Shown: positions 1 to 64,000 of the stretch, in pieces
Layout of the letters: each line of letters starts with the position of its first letter
Position numbering within the stretch: position 1 is the first letter of the stretch
Assembly: GCF_001194135.2 (NCBI RefSeq)
Contig: NC_068992.1
Location: 57,596,097-57,660,096 of the forward strand
DNA: 64,000 nucleotides
Source of the DNA: Octopus bimaculoides
Lineage: Eukaryota
Direction of reading: 5' to 3'
Position numbers and translations under genes: made by a program
The notes under the pieces: generated by a model
What the model was told of the DNA's origin: nothing
Databases searched by the model: none
What the model saw: only the letters and a program-made list of their open reading frames with translations

Positions 1-657
1 ATATATATATATATATATATAATATGGCTACCATTCGTTTCGTGTTAAAAACATCCTAATATCTAATCAGATAGAGGAATGGTGTTTGTCTCCATTTTGG
101 AGCCCAGGGTTACTGTAAAAGACACTCACCCCAGGAGTCACACAGTGGGATTGAACCCAAAACGACGAGGTTGCAAAGGTGACCTTTTTAACCGCACCAT
201 CATGCCTGTGCCTATATATGTTTTTCCTGAATGTCTTTTTTTATAAAAAATATATTCAAATATGTTTTTCAAAAAAATGTATTGTTGCTGCTATTATTTA
301 ACCCTAGGCCAACCAAAATCAATTAGATTTATGATTGAAGGCTCTCCAGCCTTGACTATCCTGTCTTTGAAAGGATATGTGATAACATATTTAATGTGTC
401 CGCCTTTTAAAGAAGGTGGAGTAGGAACAGAGGAAAACTTGGTTGTTGTTTCTAGCAGGAGTAACCAGGTCGCCTATTGGTTCATCAACATCAGCAGGTG
501 TTGTTGCTGTTGCTGTTTAGTCCCAGGTCAGACTTAGTTGAGAAGAACAATGATCAAAAATATTGCAACTGTGTGTGTATGTGTGAGTGCGTATGTACAC
601 GTGTGTTGTGTGTGTTTATACAAGCATGTCAGCAAGGATATGAGAATATATTTCCTG

Positions 658-692
<35 letters not shown>

Positions 693-1465
693 TGTGTTTG
701 AATACATGTCAAAGATTTTGTGTGTGTGTGTGTGTGTGTGTGCGTAAGTGTTGTGTCACTCTGAGAAAATAATTCATATTCAGAATGACTGGGAGTGTGA
801 CTGTGTGCATGTATGTGTGCACATGTGGGATTGTGTGTATGTGCATGTGAGTCCTCAATGACCTTGTGAACGATGGAATAGTTTAAATAATAACCACTCA
901 TACCACGCAGAAAGCAATTAAGTCTTGACAATAATATCCTGAACGACTTTACTCTTTGCTAAATTTACCTGCAACTTTGCACACCTTTCTACTTCAACAC
1001 AGTCAAAGTACGGAACCATTCTTCTTTTATACACTAAACAGGGGAAATGGTTTGAGAACCTGAATGGCTAAATATGTTTTAAGTCTTTAACAGAATTATA
1101 CAGGCACAATACCAACTTTCAGGACTCAGAAACCTTCAATAATCCACACTCGTTAACAAGCAGGATCTTCAAATCCTTATAGTTACCTGACTAGTTTGCT
1201 GGTACCTTAAACAGTACAGTATTAATCTAGTGGTAAAGTTTATAGGAAGGCACATGGCTTGGTGGGTGGAGCGTTGAGCTCACTATCACGAGGTAGCGAG
1301 TTTGATTCTCGGGCTGGGCTGTGAGTTGTGTTCTTGAGCAAGACACTTTATTTCACATTTGCCTAGACCTGTACCTTAGATGAGAACATTCTAGGTGTAG
1401 CAGATACCAACACCATCTACAACAAATAAAGAAGGACATCATGTGTGTGTTTGTGTGTGTGAAGA

Positions 1466-1770
1466 CGCATGGCTCAATGGTTAGAGCGTCAAGCTTGCGA
1501 CCGTGAGGTTGTGAGTTCAAATCCCGGACCGGGCTGCGTGTTGTGTTCTTGAGCAAGACACTATATTTCACGTTGCTCCAGTTCAGTCAGCTGTAGAAAT
1601 GAGTTGCGACGTCACTGATGCCAAGTTGTATCAGCCTTTGCCATTCCCTTGAATAACATCGGTAGCTGGTCTTCCATAAACAACTTTACTTGGACGTGTG
1701 CATCGGAGGGTAACATTCTAGGTGCAATCTCATGGCCTGTCATGACTGAAGTTAGCTTTAATGTGTTACG
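1466..1770 (+). mobile_element. tRNA-derived SINE family D (others at ~1248-1368, 2290-2455, 11877-11990, 12520-12705-, 12733-13020, 32690-32925-, 55630-55808)
   Basis: A box tggctcaatgg and B box gagttcaaatcc, followed by a shared body ttcttgagcaagacactttatttcacgttgctccagttcactcagctgtagaaatgag. Confidence 0.85.
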
Positions 1771-1803
1771 GGCACGCATACATACATACATACATACATA
1801 CAT

Positions 1804-1840
<37 letters not shown>

Positions 1841-2455
1841 CATACACACACACAACAGGCTTCTTTAAGTTTCCATCTACCGAATCCACTCACAAGACTT
1901 TGGTTAGCCTGAGGCTATAGTAGAAGATTCTTGTCAGTGGGACTGAATCTGGAACCGTGTGGTTGGAAAGCAGGCTTCATACCACACAGCCACGCTTATG
2001 TAAGTAAATTTAATATTTGTTTCCTTTAGAATGTGTCGACCAAGGTGGCCAAAGTAACCACACCTGGTTTGGAAAAACAAGTAAACCGGAATGGGTTTTG
2101 GAACCAAGACTATTGGTAAATCGAAGATGTGCCTGTATGTGGGGGTTCAACCAATTAGCTGTTCAGTAATTCACAGCTGCAGAATTAGCATACACCTATG
2201 GATACCTACATACACTTACTGATGCAACACAATCAAAATGATGTGCAATATAAAAAGCTGTTGGTATTGTTACCTGTGGTGGGGGGGTCCTAATGGGTAA
2301 GGTTTTTTGGACTCATGATTGTAAAGTTGTGGTTTCAATTCCTGGATGGGAAGACTCATTGTGTTCTCAAGTAAAACACTTCATTTCATGTTGCTCCAGA
2401 CCACCCAGCTGGCAAAAACATGTAATCCTGCAATGGGCCAACATCCCAACCAAGG

Positions 2456-2509
<54 letters not shown>

Positions 2510-3016
2510 TATATATATATATACATATATATATACACACACACATAAACTGGGTAACTTGGAACCTGAACCTTATGAGTCCATAGGGCTTAAGAAGGAT
2601 GCTTTTCATCATGTTACCCACCACCACCACCACTCAAAAATAAAAAAAAAACAAAAGAATTTACAGTTACCACCCATACACATACACGCACATACATACA
2701 CATTGAGATTGTCCTTGCAATTAGCAGGCAAAACCTTTCTGTAAGTTTCAAAAACAGTTGACATAGGAAATAACTCTTTTGCATAAATTCTGAAATTGGA
2801 AACAAGGGAAATAACTTTAATAAAATCAGTTAACTGAAATTCTGCAAGGTATAGAAAATGCAGCATGGGAGTTAATCATACACACATATATGCACCCACA
2901 TACATACACACATACATAAGTTAAGTAATAGAATATTAATGTTCTAGAAGTTTCAAAAAGAATACCAAATTTGGAATTTGAGGTGAGGAGCCCTGAAACA
3001 TGCATTTGTACATTAC

Positions 3017-3070
3017 CTCTGATCATTACAAAATAATCGTGAGTAGTCAAAACGCTGGTCCAAAAATGAA
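3017..3070 (-). CDS. myo9: Candidate 54-nt tail exon (S)SFLDQRFDYSRLFCNDQ(R/S)
   Basis: ctcttattttgtgcag acceptor, AG|gtaatg donor, phase 2-2, open frame. Confidence 0.5.
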
Positions 3071-3471
3071 CTGCACAAAATAAGAGTGAAATCAAGATAA
3101 GTATTTTAGTAAAGGGAGTTGAGAACTTCAATGGAAAAAAAACTAAACATTTTGGTTGGTTACACAGCTAAAACGCTACGGAATTTCATAATGGCCCTAT
3201 CCATATTGCAGCTAAATGCTGAGATTCCAGTTTGTATAAATGATTTGAAATAACGGTGAAGGATAGAGGAGTCAAATTGATCTGAGGAATACACAAAGAA
3301 ATGGTATCAGTGTGTTTCAATGCTCTAATGCTCTGAGGAATATCCTTGTCTCTTCATGGATTATGTCAATTCTGACAAAAGAAAATTTCTTTGAATAATT
3401 ATGGACATTCCTGTAATGAGAGATCTTTAAAAATGTGCATTGACTACAAATACAAATATTATCATATCATA

Positions 3472-3688
3472 TGTGTGTATAAAAATTATACACGAAGGGA
3501 AAAACCATTAAGTGGTTTTCCAGAACGTTATAAATAGGAATTAAATCCTAAATCATGAAAATACTAATTCTTAAACGTGCTAAAATAAGAATTAGGTTTT
3601 CCATGGTTTGGGATTTAACTACTATTTCTAGTGTGTTGGAAAACCACTTAGTGACTTTTCCCATCATGTATAATTTTTGTATACACAC
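3472..3688. repeat. ~215-bp fold-back (MITE-like) inverted repeat
   Basis: aaaaattatacacgaagggaaaaaccattaagtggttttcca pairs with tggaaaaccacttagtgacttttcccatcatgtataattttt; inner arms ttaaatcc..ctaattctta also pair. Confidence 0.85.
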
Positions 3689-4616
3689 ACATATATGTAT
3701 ATATATATATCATCATCATCATTGTTTAACATCCGCTTTCCATGCTAGTTAAACGATGATGATGGTGATATATATATATACATATATATATATATNNNNN
3801 NNNNNNNNNNNNNNNNNNNNNNNNNNNNNNNNNNNNNNNNNNNNNNNNNNNNNNNNNNNNNNNNNNNNNNNNNNNNNNNNNNNNNNNNNNNNNNNNNNNN
3901 NNNNNNNNNNNNNNNNNNNNNNNNNNNNNNNNNNNNNNNNNNNNNNNNNNNNNNNNNNNNNNNNNNNNNNNNNNNNNNNNNNNNNNNNNNNNATATATAT
4001 ATATATATATATACTTCATTTGTTGATTAACATGCTACCAATGGTTTCATATAGAAAGAATTTCCACAATCTTCAAGCAATCCACAAATGAGAAATATTT
4101 ATCCACCAAATGTGGTGTTGAGCACACTTTCTCACTGTATTGTGCATGTATGCCCATGTGTGTGTGTACAACACTCATCTTGAAAGTGGGCAATGAAGAT
4201 GGACAGTTGAATCGATTGATAAACTTTATCATATTGATATCTAAGTTTTAGGATATTAATAATATATCCAATATTGGTACAAGGTCACAGCTTGTATCAG
4301 TGGAGCACAGTTGCAATCAGTGAGGGTATGGCCAAAGCTAACTGACCACACACTTCCAGTGTTTCACTAATATTCATTTTAGCTACACTCACAGAAGGAT
4401 CAAATACAGGCAAAGTTGACTTGGGCAGGATTTTTGTTCACAGAACCTAGAAGAAAGTATGACATAAATTGATTCTGAAGAACTACAACAAAAAATACTC
4501 ATTAACTTTCAAAGAAGGGACTTCTGCACATCATAATTGAAGGGACTTCTGCACATCATAAAAAGGAAAAAAAAAAACCCCACAAGAATTAAACACATTA
4601 AAACAGTCATGCTCAC

Positions 4617-62337
<57,721 letters not shown>

Positions 62338-64000
62338 CTAAGAAAGTAATTACAGTTATTAGAAATTTTATGATTTTCGAAAAAAAAAAAAGAAAAATAA
62401 GATATAGAAAAACAGGAACAAATACAATATTCACCAGGAAATGTATCAGAGGAAAAAGGAAAAATATAGTTTAATAAGCATGTAATAAAATTACATACAG
62501 TGTTGGTTCCTGAAACGGGTTATTGAGTGCTTTTATAGTCATGTGGTTAAAAAGGTCACTTTGCAGTCCTGTAGCTCCTCGGTTCAATCCTGCTGCAAAG
62601 TGTTTTCTTTTCTGGGGTTTTTTTTTTTTATAAATGTGTTTCCAATTGATCCAAGACTTGCCAGTGAAATCAGGGTAGACAGAAACTGTGTTGGACAGGG
62701 ATATATTTGTTGTTGGGTGGGGGTTTAATACTACTGTCATTACCGCAATCAGGGCCTTGGGTAGCAGTTTCACACCACCCCAACTAACACTACAACTGGG
62801 CTCCTGGGGAAGTGGTTTACCACCACCACAATCAGGCTCTTGGGTAGCAATTGCACACCACCATCACCCATTCCTTTTAACTCTTAGATTCCTTAAGCCC
62901 TTTTAACATTTAAACCATCTATATCTGGCCCAAATATTCTACATTATTTCCTATTCAAACAGACCCGAACCAGTCTCTCACACATACCCAACAATGTCAT
63001 TCTAAAATTAAACAATCACATCATGTTGTCAAATACACCCAAGCCAGTGGCATGTGTTATGACATAGGTATACACAACTAGTGTAAAATGGTATTACACA
63101 AATAAATGGTTGTGGTTATCTAAAATTGACCTATTGCAGAAATGTATGTTAACACAGAATGCACTCCATACAACTTGAGCATAGGTACGATACTTGATAT
63201 TCGCTGTTCAACTACCAACTGTAAAACCAACACATGTCAAAGTAACATGGTAAACCAATGTGGTCAAGCTAACACCATCAATTACCCCCTGACAGTTCAC
63301 TCAGTTCTTATTTATTGTAATTGGTTAGTCCACCTTCAGATACGTGGGGGTGTTCAGGATTCTCCCATAACAGCATGCAAAAAGCACCCAGCACACTCTG
63401 TTAAGTGGTTGGTGTTAGGAAGGGCATCCAGACATAGAAACCATTTCACAACAGACAGTTGGAGCCTGGACAGCTCTTGCTAGCTAGCTCCATGTCAAAC
63501 CATCCAACCCATGCCAGCATGGAAAGAGGACACTAAAAAGTGATGACGATGATGATGATCATCATCAGAATCTCAAAAATATGAGATAATGCATGACTAA
63601 TTCAAAATAATGTGAACAAATTAGTATTACATGCAACAGAGTAATCTAAATAATCTAAGTCTTAAAGGGCTAAGGGGCCCACTCTGCCATGAACATTCAC
63701 ACTAAGTCTCTAGTCTAAGGTGAACTAAGATATTACTCCATTTCTATTACCAGTCTTGGAGATTCTACAACCAGCAGGGTGGGCATCCTTTCTTCTTTTA
63801 TAAAAATGTTATGAGAAAAATTAAGATAACAGGTGGGGAAGGTGTTTAACCCTTTTGTTACTGTATTTATTTTGAGATGCTCTGTTTCTTTCAATTAATT
63901 TTAAATATAACAAAGTATTTAGTAAAATAACTTAGTCATCATTCAGCTAGTGTTAGGAACATAAATAGTGACTAAGGTTTGGTAGAAGATTTTAATTCAA

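Noticed and set aside
969-1033. 65-nt AG..GT-flanked open segment YKRRMVPYFDCVEVERCAKLQ
   Set aside because: Open only in phase 1, while upstream exons end in phase 2; would need an unseen exon, e.g. in the 3796-3992 gap
1466-1540. tRNA-like sequence with A and B boxes (many similar heads in the window)
   Set aside because: No complete acceptor stem or terminator; it continues into a shared SINE body present in many copies

Overview
Eukaryotic (animal) genomic DNA: AT-rich, saturated with microsatellites and broken by about 14 N-gaps. The repeat families resemble those I recall from octopus genomes (inference, no search run). One protein-coding gene dominates the window: an unconventional class IX myosin (Myo9, motor plus RhoGAP) on the minus strand. 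I reconstructed 16 well-supported exons (62337 down to 4617) with GT-AG sites and consistent phases. They run from switch II (DIFGFE) through the class-IX loop-2 insertion, SH1 helix/converter and four IQ motifs into the start of the tail. The N-terminus lies beyond 64000 and the C1/RhoGAP tail before position 1. Most exons are missing or mis-framed in the ORF track. The introns hold three Tc1/mariner lineages, RTE and CR1-like LINE relics, several SINE families, hAT/piggyBac/pogo-type MITEs, fold-back hairpins and a solo LTR. Most interesting: (i) a much enlarged, modular loop 2 made of frame-neutral phase-2 exons (63 nt, candidate 18-nt microexon, 444-nt Thr/Ser/His-rich exon); (ii) further candidate cassette/microexons; (iii) a solo LTR with a perfect TSD, CRE, 3x ETS motifs and an antisense splice donor beside a loop-2 exon; (iv) codons that A-to-I editing could restore to conserved residues, plus many intronic dsRNA-forming structures. 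No prokaryotic, CRISPR or rRNA features, and no true tRNA genes.
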